Shown: piece after piece, positions 21,894 through 32,066 of the stretch
Layout: each line of letters begins with the position of its first letter
Position numbering within the stretch: the stretch's first letter is position 1
Source: a candidate division WOR-3 bacterium
GTDB lineage: Bacteria > Hydrothermota > Hydrothermia > UBA1063
Assembly (NCBI GenBank): GCA_039803545.1
Contig: JBDRYS010000001.1
Span: 833,866 to 897,865, forward strand
Length of the DNA stretch: 64,000 bases
Reading direction: 5' to 3'
Notes under the pieces: generated by a model
Database searches by the model: none
What the model was told of the DNA's origin: nothing
What the model saw: the letters and a program-made list of their open reading frames with translations, nothing else
Made by a program: the position numbers and the translations under genes

Positions 21894-24042
21894 AAAATAT
21901 GCCCACATTGTAATACCAAGAACAAATCTGGACCACTTCACCTATTCTATACCGGAGGACCTATTAGGAAAAATTTATCCGGGTGCTGTTGTGATTGTTC
22001 CATTTCAAAAAACGCGTTCAAAGGGGGTAGTTTGGGATATCATAGATGCTCCCGATTTACCAGAAGAGAAGATTAAACCGATAGAGGAAGTTATAAGCTC
22101 CGAATTTTCATTAGCAGAACCTTATCTTAAACTTGCCGAATGGATGCGGGATTACTACCTTTGCACTCTTTCGGACATAATACCCCTTCTTTTTCCCCCT
22201 GGAGTAGTGGAAAGAGGGGCTTATATATACAAATTATCAAGAAAAAAGGATTTGCCTACAGACAATCCTGTTATCTCCTACCTCTTAAAGATCCATCCGC
22301 GTGGTGCTTCATTAAAAAGGCTTCAAAAGCTATTTGGAGCCGGCGTTTCCAGGACTCTCAAGGATCTTCAAGCGCAGGGACTCATCACCCTTACCGACAA
22401 CATAAAAGTCAAAAGCTACAGAGAACTGGACTTCTACACCCCCTTTCCTATAGAAATACCGGCAATTCCAACCCCTTCACAAAAGGAAATTCTCGAGGAC
22501 TTCTTTAAAAACAAGCCAAAAGTCTCCTTAATTTTCGGTGTAACAGGAAGTGGAAAAACCAGGCTATATTCCTGGATAGTCGAAGAATTCATAAAGGAAG
22601 GAAAATCAGCCCTCATTCTGGTACCAGAAATTGCACTCACCCCTCAAATTTTTAACTACTTGATCAACATCTTTCATGGAGAGGTAATGTTCTATCATTC
22701 ACGACTTTCAGATGCAGAAAGAAGGTGGGTTTTCAAGCAGGCAAAGGAAGGAAAGAGGAAAATCCTTGTAGGGCCCCGTTCTGCCCTCTTCGTCCCGCTC
22801 CAAAACTTAGGGGTTATAATAATCGATGAAGAGCATGATTCATCTTACAAAGAAAGTGAAAAAATACCAGCCTATCACTCTCGAGATGTAGCCATCAAAT
22901 TATCAGAAATTCTCAACATCCCTGTAATACTTGGAAGTGCAAGCCCTTCCTTAGAATCATATTACAACGCCTTGAAGGGAGATTTTGCTTTCTACAAGCT
23001 AAAACACAGAGTACCACACTACAAAATTCCACAAATAGAAATTATAGACTTGAGGAAAGTGAAGGGAGAGTACCTTCTTTCTCCCGATTTGATTAGTGAA
23101 ATAAACAAAACTCTGGAAAGAAATAGACAGGTAATTTTGTTTATTAACCGAAGGGGGCATTCCACCTTTTTGATGTGTCTTGAGTGCGGTTACATAATGC
23201 AATGCCCAGACTGCTCTGTCAACATGGTTTACCATAAAACTGACAACAAAATGCACTGTCATGTATGCGGTAAAACCCTTGATGTACCAGAAGTTTGTCC
23301 CTCTTGCGGTTCAATAAAACTCCAGCTCCGCGGAACGGGAACTCAAAAGGTTGAAGAGGCGGTATCTAAGTTCTTCAAAAGCTTAGAGGTAAAAAGGTTT
23401 GACCTTGACTCCTTCCTAAAAGAGGGGGTCAACCAAAATGCCTTCAGGGAGTTCTACGAAGGAAAGCTTAAACTACTCGTAGGTACGAAAATGGTTGGCA
23501 AAGGTTTCGATTTTCCAGGGCTTGGTCTCATCGGCGTAGTGAATGCGGATATTGGCCTTGGGATGCCGGATTTCAGGGCAGAAGAGAGGGTTTTTCAATT
23601 ACTTCTTCAGATTGCGGGAAGAATAAGAACTGGTGGCAAAGTTTTAATTCAAACCTACAATCCAAATTCCAGAGCAATAAAATTCGTCAAAGAACTCAAT
23701 TACGAAGGTTTTGCGGAATCAGAACTTTCAGAAAGGGAAAGGTATGACTATCCACCTTTCTCCTATCTTACCCTAATTGAGCTTTCAGGAAAAAACATGG
23801 AGAACATCGTTATCGAGGCAAACAAAATCAAGGAAAGGATTAACGGTTTAGGGCTTGAGGACCTTCAAATCATGGGCCCCGTCCCCTCTCCAATCTCTAA
23901 GAAAGGTGGTAACTATTTTATAAGGCTCATCCTAAAATACAAATCTAAAGAGACTGTTTACAGACTAAACTTTCTAAGAGAATACAAAACACCTTCAAAC
24001 ATCAATCTGACCATTGATGTGGATCCACAGGAATTAGTGTAG
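21883..24042 (+). CDS. priA: primosomal protein N' (replication restart helicase PriA)
   Basis: The sequence has a Walker A motif (GVTGSGKT), DEEH and two Cys4 zinc-binding clusters (CLECG...CPDC, CHVCG...CPSCG). The likely start is the ATG at 21883, overlapping the preceding stop by 11 bp. The annotated longer ORF from 21823 is probably an over-extension. Confidence 0.9.
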   Translation: MSSKKYAHIVIPRTNLDHFTYSIPEDLLGKIYPGAVVIVPFQKTRSKGVVWDIIDAPDLPEEKIKPIEEVISSEFSLAEPYLKLAEWMRDYYLCTLSDIIPLLFPPGVVERGAYIYKLSRKKDLPTDNPVISYLLKIHPRGASLKRLQKLFGAGVSRTLKDLQAQGLITLTDNIKVKSYRELDFYTPFPIEIPAIPTPSQKEILEDFFKNKPKVSLIFGVTGSGKTRLYSWIVEEFIKEGKSALILVPEIALTPQIFNYLINIFHGEVMFYHSRLSDAERRWVFKQAKEGKRKILVGPRSALFVPLQNLGVIIIDEEHDSSYKESEKIPAYHSRDVAIKLSEILNIPVILGSASPSLESYYNALKGDFAFYKLKHRVPHYKIPQIEIIDLRKVKGEYLLSPDLISEINKTLERNRQVILFINRRGHSTFLMCLECGYIMQCPDCSVNMVYHKTDNKMHCHVCGKTLDVPEVCPSCGSIKLQLRGTGTQKVEEAVSKFFKSLEVKRFDLDSFLKEGVNQNAFREFYEGKLKLLVGTKMVGKGFDFPGLGLIGVVNADIGLGMPDFRAEERVFQLLLQIAGRIRTGGKVLIQTYNPNSRAIKFVKELNYEGFAESELSERERYDYPPFSYLTLIELSGKNMENIVIEANKIKERINGLGLEDLQIMGPVPSPISKKGGNYFIRLILKYKSKETVYRLNFLREYKTPSNINLTIDVDPQELV

Positions 24043-25323
24043 CTTTAAAACTTTAATAGGTGAGCCGCTCCTTAAAGGAACAACAAAGTAAATCCCTGGT
24101 TGTAACTCTTTTCCCTCTGAATCTCTACCATCCCAGAAATTATTGCGCTCTTCCTTCAAAAGTTTGCCATCGGCCGAGAAGACCTTAAAATCACTAAAAT
24201 TAAAAATCAACCCGGGGCCCTTGAAGATGAAAGTTCTGCCTTCATTAAACTCTTCCCTAATTCCCGTTGCTTCACCCCACCTTTTCTTGAACTCCGACCA
24301 ATAGGCCTCCGCAATCTGGCTATTCTTAATGACAATAACATTTTCGTCATTCTCCTGATTTCCGTTGTTACTCCAGTTCATTGAACCCGTTATCGTAACC
24401 CTTTTGTCTATAACCATAAACTTGTGGTGTAATAGACTATAATTGGATGGCAGCCGGTCGCCGTAAACAGGTATCCCAACGGTGTCCCTTAAATAATGGA
24501 ACTGAGAATAGTATGAACCGGTATCAGAGGCATCGTGAACCCCGCCAATAAATACGCCGCGCCTAAAGGCGGAGGCCATTGCATCTGCCAAGTCTCGCCT
24601 CGTATAAGAATAGATAAGATAACCAATTGAATCTGTCGCCTGATTAACAAAATTAATCAAGTATTGAATTGGCCTATTTTGTGGCGAAAAGTAGACCCAG
24701 ATAGAATCCGTACCTATTACAAAAAGGTGCTGAAAGCACACATCGGTTTTTCTTGTGCCAGTTCGTGAGTTCAAAGAATCGGGAAGGTCACCTGAACTTC
24801 CCCACATTTGATTAAACTCTTGAAGGTAACAATTTGCTACACCACTGCTCTTTATTATGATAGCGTTCTCCGCATTCAACCTTGTGTAATCCGATGCATT
24901 GTAACTTCCTGTCCAAACGTAGTCATTAGTCGTATCCTGGTCTCTCCCATCTCGCACTATAAATTTGTTGTGCATGATGTGGGAAGTCTCGTTTGGCCCT
25001 ATTCCCTCGTGAATTACAGGTATACCCGCATTTCTCAGACTGTCCAAATAGGCCCTGTAAAAATAGGTGGAATCCGTTATCACCCTAACCTTAACCCCTC
25101 TTCTTTTTGCATTCAAAATCGATTCAGCTACGGTGTCCCTAAAGATCTCGTAGAAACAAATATCTAAGGAATACTGTGCTCCGCCAATAAATCTCGCAAG
25201 TTTTACATCAAGGGTATCAGAGTCAAAATAAACCGTCCAATAGCTACCAGACTGCCCCGCCCTAATATTTGTAAAAGTTAACAAAACTAATAGCAACTTA
25301 ATGGCAACTCTCTTGCCCCTCAT
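24034..25323 (-). CDS. secreted phospholipase D-family protein (two HKD motifs) with a C-terminal T9SS-type sorting domain
   Basis: The sequence has a signal peptide (MRGKRVAIKLLLVLLTF), two HxKxxxxD motifs (HNKFIVRD and HHKFMVID) and a tail of about 80 aa (...FSADGKLLKE..GIYFVVPL...) typical of Por_Secre_tail domains. Confidence 0.75.
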   Translation of the reverse strand: MRGKRVAIKLLLVLLTFTNIRAGQSGSYWTVYFDSDTLDVKLARFIGGAQYSLDICFYEIFRDTVAESILNAKRRGVKVRVITDSTYFYRAYLDSLRNAGIPVIHEGIGPNETSHIMHNKFIVRDGRDQDTTNDYVWTGSYNASDYTRLNAENAIIIKSSGVANCYLQEFNQMWGSSGDLPDSLNSRTGTRKTDVCFQHLFVIGTDSIWVYFSPQNRPIQYLINFVNQATDSIGYLIYSYTRRDLADAMASAFRRGVFIGGVHDASDTGSYYSQFHYLRDTVGIPVYGDRLPSNYSLLHHKFMVIDKRVTITGSMNWSNNGNQENDENVIVIKNSQIAEAYWSEFKKRWGEATGIREEFNEGRTFIFKGPGLIFNFSDFKVFSADGKLLKEERNNFWDGRDSEGKELQPGIYFVVPLRSGSPIKVLKLH

Positions 25324-26375
25324 TTAACAACCGCAACCTTTCGCAATTGCTTACTTTCTTCATCCTGCAAGAAATAAAGACCTTCTTTAACGGAATTTAC
25401 CTCACGACCAAAAGCATCAAAAACCCTTACATTTTTCAGATTTACAAACCGATCAAAATCGGACTTCCTCATTATAATACCTTCTCCCGTGGAGGAACAT
25501 TCGCCAACAGACGTTGTACTCCCTATCAACCATACCGTAGCATTCAAAATCAAAGCTGAATCACTATACATACCCCAGTTATTGTAGAGATGATCAGCGG
25601 GATCACCTGTCCCGTCATCACAAGGGGATGAATCTCCCAATCCGACAAACTTTCCCCTTCCATAATATCCGTAGAAAAACATTATACTATCGTTGTCTCT
25701 GTTAGCCCCGGAAACCCAGACAAGTCCATAAACCTGAGGATTTATGTTAGGCCTCAAAGTTATGCAAGTGCCTCTCCAAAAACCAATAGAATTCACATAC
25801 CCGAAAGGTCCATTGTAAATAGGATTGGATGGATTACGATTAATATTGCTCGACTCTCCACTCGAGTCATTTGGACTTTCACCCGTTACATTAAAATGGA
25901 CCCCCAAATAGTTTTCAAAAGCTGCATTCAATACCCTTGGAGAATCCCAACCATCGTTATCACGATCAGAAGAATTATGATCCGCAACCATAAAAAAACC
26001 GCCGCCGTTATTTATAAAATTAAGTATAGCGTCCCTCTCGGCGGTAGTAAGAGGATTTTGAGGCTCAACCATTATGAAAACATCATACTTCGACAAGTCA
26101 AAGGGGTTGTTAGAATTGCCATAAGTAATTCCGTATGTCCTTGTCAATGTTGCAATTTGATGTCCAGCGCGATAGAGAGTATACCCCCACGATGAAATAG
26201 CACCATCCCAGGAAGTGGGAGAGGTTGGATTTGGCGGATAAGGATAGGGATAATCGTGGTCCACAACCCAATCAGCGTTGCCCGCCGTCTCACTTTTGGT
26301 GTAGTCAAAGAGAATCCTTGCAGGCCAAGTTGTACCGACGAATAGAATAAAAATAAAGAAAATTTTGATCTTCAT
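25320..26375 (-). CDS. secreted hypothetical protein (N/S/G/D-rich) with a C-terminal T9SS-type sorting domain
   Basis: The probable start is MKIKIFFIFILFVGTT, a signal peptide internal to the longer ORF that runs to 26414. The C-terminal tail reads ...VRVFDAFGREV..GLYFLQ....VVK. The stop overlaps the start of the PLD gene. Confidence 0.6.
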   Translation of the reverse strand: MKIKIFFIFILFVGTTWPARILFDYTKSETAGNADWVVDHDYPYPYPPNPTSPTSWDGAISSWGYTLYRAGHQIATLTRTYGITYGNSNNPFDLSKYDVFIMVEPQNPLTTAERDAILNFINNGGGFFMVADHNSSDRDNDGWDSPRVLNAAFENYLGVHFNVTGESPNDSSGESSNINRNPSNPIYNGPFGYVNSIGFWRGTCITLRPNINPQVYGLVWVSGANRDNDSIMFFYGYYGRGKFVGLGDSSPCDDGTGDPADHLYNNWGMYSDSALILNATVWLIGSTTSVGECSSTGEGIIMRKSDFDRFVNLKNVRVFDAFGREVNSVKEGLYFLQDEESKQLRKVAVVK

Positions 26376-26426
26376 AAGCCCATTAAGTTTAACCGTGCAC
26401 CTGCAAAAAGTCAAATCTAAATAAAA

Positions 26427-27662
26427 ATGGCCTCACAACAAACTTTCCAGGAAAGTGCCTTTATAATTCTAAAAGCGATGGAAAAAGAGGTCCTTGTTGT
26501 CAGCACCGCCTTCCCCAGAAATGAAGAAGATGTAATCACTCCCTGGCTTGTGAAGCTTATGGAGCACCTGGAAAAACGTGGCTTTAAGTTCACGGTTTTC
26601 ACATCATCATATAAGGGACTAAAACAAAGAAAGTATAAAGGGTTTAACGTCTATCGTTTCAGATATGCCCCCAAAAAGATAGAGTTCCTTACCCACGACA
26701 CCGGCGTTTACGAAAGACTAAAACAGGGCCCAATTTACAAATTTTTAACGCTCTTATATATCTTTTTGGGGCTAACCAATGCCATCTACCTTTCCTTCTC
26801 AAAACGTTTCAAAATAGTCCACGTACACTGGCCCATGCCCCACATAATTTTCGCTATCCCCTTTAAGATTTTTCAGAATTCGAAGATCATCGCCCAATTC
26901 CACGGGTCAGAAATCGGCATGCTGGAAAAACTTAGCAAAATCACCAGGACAGCTTTCATCTGTCTAATCAATATCTTCTCTGATCATGTGATAACAAACT
27001 CTTCCTTTAACAAAAGTAGACTCGTTAGCCTGGGGATCAAGAAAAAAATAGAGATAATCCCCCTTTCCAACCCTCACTCTTCTGAAATTAGGCCATACAA
27101 AAGAAAAGACGAAATAAACATCCTCTTCGTTGGAAGACTTGTCGAAGTCAAAGGGGTTCCGGTACTAATAAAAGCTTTCGCTAAAGTTAGTGAAAAATTC
27201 CCATCTTCCAAATTATTAATCGTGGGAGACGGCCCCCAGAAGTCAGAACTTGTCAAGCTCGTCCAAGAATTAAAACTTGATAAAAAGGTCCATTTTAAGG
27301 GCTTCTTAATCGGACAACCTCTGCTTGAAATCTACGAACAGGCAATGATCTTTGTCCTACCATCTATAATAACTAAGACGGGCGAAACGGAGGGTTTAGG
27401 AGTGGTTCTAATTGAAGCCCTTTCATATGGTATTCCCGTTATTGGCTCGAAGGTTGGAGGCATTCCCGATATTATCATAGATGGAAAAACGGGACTCCTT
27501 TTCGAGCCTGGTGACCACGAGGACCTGGCAAGAAAAATCACCTTACTTATTGAAAACCCAGAGCTCAGGCAAAGACTCGTTGAAGAGGGGCAAAAACACA
27601 TCCTTGAAAACTTCTCGTGGGAAAAGATAGTAGAAAAAATGGAAAAAGTTTACAAAAGTTAA
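26427..27662 (+). CDS. glycosyltransferase family 4 (GT-B, group 1)
   Basis: The 411-aa ORF has the C-terminal EX7E-type motif ...GETEGLGVVLIEALSYGIPVIGSKVGGIPDII. Confidence 0.85.
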   Translation: MASQQTFQESAFIILKAMEKEVLVVSTAFPRNEEDVITPWLVKLMEHLEKRGFKFTVFTSSYKGLKQRKYKGFNVYRFRYAPKKIEFLTHDTGVYERLKQGPIYKFLTLLYIFLGLTNAIYLSFSKRFKIVHVHWPMPHIIFAIPFKIFQNSKIIAQFHGSEIGMLEKLSKITRTAFICLINIFSDHVITNSSFNKSRLVSLGIKKKIEIIPLSNPHSSEIRPYKRKDEINILFVGRLVEVKGVPVLIKAFAKVSEKFPSSKLLIVGDGPQKSELVKLVQELKLDKKVHFKGFLIGQPLLEIYEQAMIFVLPSIITKTGETEGLGVVLIEALSYGIPVIGSKVGGIPDIIIDGKTGLLFEPGDHEDLARKITLLIENPELRQRLVEEGQKHILENFSWEKIVEKMEKVYKS

Positions 27663-27663
27663 A

Positions 27664-28875
27664 TCAACCTTCTACAACTTCTCCCACCATGGTAGCATTA
27701 TCTTCATTAATAGAAATTAATTTTATCCTCCTCACCTCTCCAATTTTCAAGTTGTCGCTACGGATTTTGACCTTAATATAATTGTCGGTGGTGGCTTCAA
27801 AAAACCCATCCTCTTCCCTTTCGATTACACAGAAGATTTCTTTTCCAAGGTTCTTCCTTAAAAACCCCAGCTTCTTTCGCCTTGCGATGGGCAAGAGAAT
27901 ATTCTTTCTTCTTCTCACCACCGCAGAGGGTAAAGGCTTCATAAAATAAGCCTCCGTCTTTTCCCTCCTTGAAAATTCAAAGACATGAAGATAAGCAAAG
28001 GGAAGTTCCTCAATCAATCTAATCGATTCCTCAAAATCCTCATCGGTCTCCGTGGGAAAACCCACTATAATGTCGGACCCGATGGCAATTTCAGGAACAT
28101 TGCTCACGAGCTTCTCTACAAGGTTCACATAATAACTCAATTTATAAGGTCTTTTCATCTCCTTAAGGACCTTCTCTGACCCGTGCTGCATTGGAAGATG
28201 CAAATGAGGCAATACAATTTTTGCCTTCAAAAGTTCTATTACGCCTTCGTCGATATGAATCGGTGAAATGGAAGAGAGTCTTAACCTCAGCTCTGGAAAA
28301 TGATCCTTAATCCTTAAAATCAAATTTGAAAGCCTATCTCCCCATTCACGACCCCAGGCCCCCGTTTGAATGCCAGTAAGCACTATCTCAACAACGCCAC
28401 TCGCATACAAACTCTCTATTTCCTTTAAGATCTCATCCTCAGGCCTTGATCGAGAGGGACCTCTCACGAAAGGCACAACGCAATAGGAACAGCGGAAGTT
28501 ACAACCTTCTTGAACCCTCACATTTTCCCTGACTCTCAAAAAAGGCCTAACTAAATGACCGGGGTCCTTTAAATTGAGAACTTTCAGAATCTCCCTCAGT
28601 TCTCCTGCAACGTCCGCATCAACCTCTTTTCCGTATTTAGGATAACAACCAAAAACCACAATTTTCGCCTTGGGGACTAAGCGTTTTATATGGCTTACAT
28701 AATGTCTTAAATCTCTCTCGGCTCTGTGGGTAACTACACAACTTGCAATAGCTACTACATCAGCCTCTCGCTCTTCTTTAACGATCTCAAAGCCGCTCTC
28801 AACTACCGAATTAGCAAAATAGTCTGCGTAATACTGATTTAATCTACATCCAAAAGACTTTATAAAGAACTTCAA
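27664..28875 (-). CDS. radical SAM methylthiotransferase, MiaB/RimO/MtaB family
   Basis: The sequence has an N-terminal MTTase domain, a CxxxCxxC cluster (CNFRCSYC) and a C-terminal TRAM-like region. The subfamily cannot be assigned. Confidence 0.8.
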   Translation of the reverse strand: MKFFIKSFGCRLNQYYADYFANSVVESGFEIVKEEREADVVAIASCVVTHRAERDLRHYVSHIKRLVPKAKIVVFGCYPKYGKEVDADVAGELREILKVLNLKDPGHLVRPFLRVRENVRVQEGCNFRCSYCVVPFVRGPSRSRPEDEILKEIESLYASGVVEIVLTGIQTGAWGREWGDRLSNLILRIKDHFPELRLRLSSISPIHIDEGVIELLKAKIVLPHLHLPMQHGSEKVLKEMKRPYKLSYYVNLVEKLVSNVPEIAIGSDIIVGFPTETDEDFEESIRLIEELPFAYLHVFEFSRREKTEAYFMKPLPSAVVRRRKNILLPIARRKKLGFLRKNLGKEIFCVIEREEDGFFEATTDNYIKVKIRSDNLKIGEVRRIKLISINEDNATMVGEVVEG

Positions 28876-28896
28876 AGGCTCTAAAGACCTACTTTT

Positions 28897-30618
28897 CTAC
28901 TCCTCGGGCTCTTCCATTATATTCTTCAGTTCTTCAAGTTTCTGGAGTTCCTGTCTTAAAATCTCTCCAAGGTTGAGTCTCACGGGTTCAGATTTAAAGG
29001 TTGGGGTTACTGCCTCTTCAGCCTTTGCAGCCGCTTCCTGTTTTTCTTTCGCCCTGTAAAACTCTCTTTCAGAAAGTAAAATTCTCTTCTTCGCAGGTTC
29101 TACCTTGAACACTTTTAGATTCAATTCCTCTCCAACCTGATAAACCTCGGCAGGATTGCCCTTTCTATTTAGCTGATTGACAGGTACGAAACCTTCAAGT
29201 GCTCCTTGTATTTCAACATATATTCCTCTGTCAGTAATCTCAGTAACCACTGCTTTGATTTCCGTTCCTGGAAGCAGGGTCTTCTCTATTTCCTCCCATG
29301 GATTGGGCCTTGTATGCTTAAGACTGAGCATAACCATCCTTCCCTTCTTATCCGTAGCAAGAACCTTGAAGCGTAGCTTCTGACCCCGTCTAAGGGCTTC
29401 CTCTGGCGATTTATACCTCTTAGTCCAGGAAATATCGCCAACATGGAGATAACCCTGAATCCCATCTTCCAGCTCTACAAAGGCACCCTGGCTGTCAAAA
29501 TCTTTAATAGTGCCCTTTACAATGCTACCCACGGGATATTTTTCGTCAATCATGGACCAGGGGTCTGGAGTAGCTTGCTTCATTCCCAGTGAAATCCTCT
29601 GTTTTTCCACATCAACATTAAGGACCACCACATCGACTTTATCGCCTTCCTTTACCATCTCAGATGGATGGACAGGAGGCTTTCCCCACCTCATCTCCGT
29701 TATGTGAACAAGGCCTTCAACGCCGGGTTCCAGTTCAACGATGACACCAAAGTCCAAAATCTTTTTGACGATTCCCTTGTGGAGCGAACCCAGGGGATAC
29801 TTGCTCGCAACTTTTTCAAAGGGATGGGGCTGAAGTTGTTTGTATCCCAAAGATAACCTGTTATTTTCATAGTCTATGTCCAGAACCTTTACCTTAATTA
29901 CGTCACCCGGTTTCACTATGCTATGGATGTCTTCAACTCTTGTCCAGGAAAGATCAGAAATGTGAATCAAGCCATCTACACCGCCAACATCCACAAAGAC
30001 CCCAAAATCGGTGATATTTTTCACAACTCCCTCTAAAGTATCACCAACTTTCATGGACATAAGTTTCATTTTTTGATTTTCGAGTTCAGCCTCTATTACC
30101 TCTTTCCTCGAAACTACGATATTCTTCCTCTGCCTGTTGAGTTTAATGATTTTAACCTGGATCGTCTTCCCTACAAAGGAACCGATGTTCTTAACCTTCT
30201 TTACGTCAATCTGTGAACCGGGCAAAAAGGCATCCACTCCAAAAACCTCAACGATGAGTCCACCCTTTATTTGCCTTAGAACTTTCGCCTCAATGATCTC
30301 CTCATTCTTATAGGCCTCGTTAATCCTATCCCAAACCATTAGAAAATCAGCTTTATGCTTGGAAACAATGGTCCTGCCATCTTTCCCGTCAATGGCATCA
30401 ATGTATACATAAACCACGTCCCCTGGCTTGATATCTGGCTCTTTAAACTCAACCCTGGGGCAAACACCTTCTGACTTTGTACCTATGTCTATGAAAACTT
30501 CCTGTGGTGTTACTTTTACAATGGTACCCTTTACAATTTCCCCTTCCCTCGGCACCACTATACTTTTTTGCAAGAGTTCTTCGAACTCACTGTCTTGCAT
30601 CAACTTTTCCTCCGCCAT
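28897..30618 (-). CDS. rpsA: 30S ribosomal protein S1 (six S1 domains)
   Basis: The 573-aa ORF has repeated S1 motifs (G..V.G.V....FG.FV). It sits next to cmk and ispH, as is common. Confidence 0.92.
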   Translation of the reverse strand: MAEEKLMQDSEFEELLQKSIVVPREGEIVKGTIVKVTPQEVFIDIGTKSEGVCPRVEFKEPDIKPGDVVYVYIDAIDGKDGRTIVSKHKADFLMVWDRINEAYKNEEIIEAKVLRQIKGGLIVEVFGVDAFLPGSQIDVKKVKNIGSFVGKTIQVKIIKLNRQRKNIVVSRKEVIEAELENQKMKLMSMKVGDTLEGVVKNITDFGVFVDVGGVDGLIHISDLSWTRVEDIHSIVKPGDVIKVKVLDIDYENNRLSLGYKQLQPHPFEKVASKYPLGSLHKGIVKKILDFGVIVELEPGVEGLVHITEMRWGKPPVHPSEMVKEGDKVDVVVLNVDVEKQRISLGMKQATPDPWSMIDEKYPVGSIVKGTIKDFDSQGAFVELEDGIQGYLHVGDISWTKRYKSPEEALRRGQKLRFKVLATDKKGRMVMLSLKHTRPNPWEEIEKTLLPGTEIKAVVTEITDRGIYVEIQGALEGFVPVNQLNRKGNPAEVYQVGEELNLKVFKVEPAKKRILLSEREFYRAKEKQEAAAKAEEAVTPTFKSEPVRLNLGEILRQELQKLEELKNIMEEPEE

Positions 30619-31468
30619 ATCCTCCTCCTCCCAAAAGATTTTTTATTTTCTCATAAACCTCTTCTACCATCTCAGGGGGTGTTGAAGCCCCACCTGAAAC
30701 TCCGATAGAGTTAACATTATAAAACCAATCCCCTGATATTTCATCAGGAGATGAAACAAGATAAGCCTTCTTGCAATTCTTTGAAGCAATTTCATAAAGT
30801 CTTCTGGTATTAGAACTGTTTTTCCCACCGACAATAACCATCACGTCCACTTCCTTGGATAGCCTCTCAACCTGCTCCTGCCTTTTTTGTGTTGTATTGC
30901 AACGGGTGTTGGCAAAACGAACTTCACTGGCCTCTTCAACAAGCCTATTCATAACATCTTGAATCATGTCAAGCCTTGATGTTGTTTGTGCAACAACCCC
31001 AACTTTCTTATTCCTTATAAGATTGACATCCAATTCCTGTGAGGAAGAAACCACAATAGCCTTCCCTTCAGTATGACCGACAATTCCAACAACCTCCGGG
31101 TGGTCCTTCTTGCCCACTACAATAACAACATAACCTTCTTCATAAAACTTTTTCGCCCACTTCTGTGCATTGGAAACAAAAGGACAGGTACAATCTATCA
31201 ACTCCTTACCGAGGGACTTCGCCTTTTCGTATATCTCCGGAGGAACACCATGGGTCCTTATAAGAACAAGATTCTTCTTACTATCCTCAATACTATTTAT
31301 TACCTCAACACCTTCCTTCTTCAACTCATCAACCACGTACTCGTTATGAATAATGGGCCCGAGACTGTCAAACTTTTTACCTTCTCTCAAACTTCTTCTC
31401 GCTATCTCAAGAGCCCTTTTAACTCCAAAGCAAAAACCGTATTCTTCGGTTAGTTTAACCTCTGGCAT
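30587..31468 (-). CDS. ispH: 4-hydroxy-3-methylbut-2-enyl diphosphate reductase
   Basis: The 293-aa ORF has the LytB/IspH fold with conserved Cys ligands and motifs ...HNEYVV.. and ...TCPFV... Confidence 0.9.
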   Translation of the reverse strand: MPEVKLTEEYGFCFGVKRALEIARRSLREGKKFDSLGPIIHNEYVVDELKKEGVEVINSIEDSKKNLVLIRTHGVPPEIYEKAKSLGKELIDCTCPFVSNAQKWAKKFYEEGYVVIVVGKKDHPEVVGIVGHTEGKAIVVSSSQELDVNLIRNKKVGVVAQTTSRLDMIQDVMNRLVEEASEVRFANTRCNTTQKRQEQVERLSKEVDVMVIVGGKNSSNTRRLYEIASKNCKKAYLVSSPDEISGDWFYNVNSIGVSGGASTPPEMVEEVYEKIKNLLGGGGYGGGKVDARQ

Positions 31469-32066
31469 ATAGCTCCCTCATCCTCCACTCTATATCTTTT
31501 GTCAGGTCCTTTACGGGATCATCAGAATTCCTTTTATAAGCATCTGGAAGTAAAGCCTTTCCAAACCTTATTCTTAGTTTTCTCTTTCCCGTTATCCAAT
31601 CCAGCACATTCCCTTTGCTCTCAAATAGATAAGCAGGAATTATCGGTGCGTTCATTTTCAAGGACAAAAGGGCCGCCCCCTCCTTTAAAGGTAGCAAAAA
31701 TTTGTTTTTTGTGCGGTTCCTTGTGCCTTCAGGAAAAATGACTAATGCTTTACCTTCTTTAAGAAGATTCATAGCCCTTTTCAAACCAGAAAGGGAGTTT
31801 TCTCGGTCAATGGGTATTGCATTATAGAACGAAATCAGCATTCCAAAAGCCTTCACATTCTCAAAAAGCTCTCTCTTCGCAAGGAAATGAAGTTCTCTTG
31901 GAGATGCAAATCCAACAAAGGGTGGATCCCAAAAAGAGGTATGGTTAACGCAAATAATACAGGGACCTTTCCTTGGTACATTATGACTTCCATACACCCT
32001 GAGCCTAAATATGAACTTAAAAGGAATGTAAAGGATAATCTTTGCTAAAATCCACTTGAAACTCAT
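31455..32066 (-). CDS. plsC: 1-acyl-sn-glycerol-3-phosphate acyltransferase
   Basis: The sequence has the HxxxxD motif (NHTSFWD) and FPEGTR, the PlsC acyltransferase blocks. Confidence 0.85.
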   Translation of the reverse strand: MSFKWILAKIILYIPFKFIFRLRVYGSHNVPRKGPCIICVNHTSFWDPPFVGFASPRELHFLAKRELFENVKAFGMLISFYNAIPIDRENSLSGLKRAMNLLKEGKALVIFPEGTRNRTKNKFLLPLKEGAALLSLKMNAPIIPAYLFESKGNVLDWITGKRKLRIRFGKALLPDAYKRNSDDPVKDLTKDIEWRMRELYARG

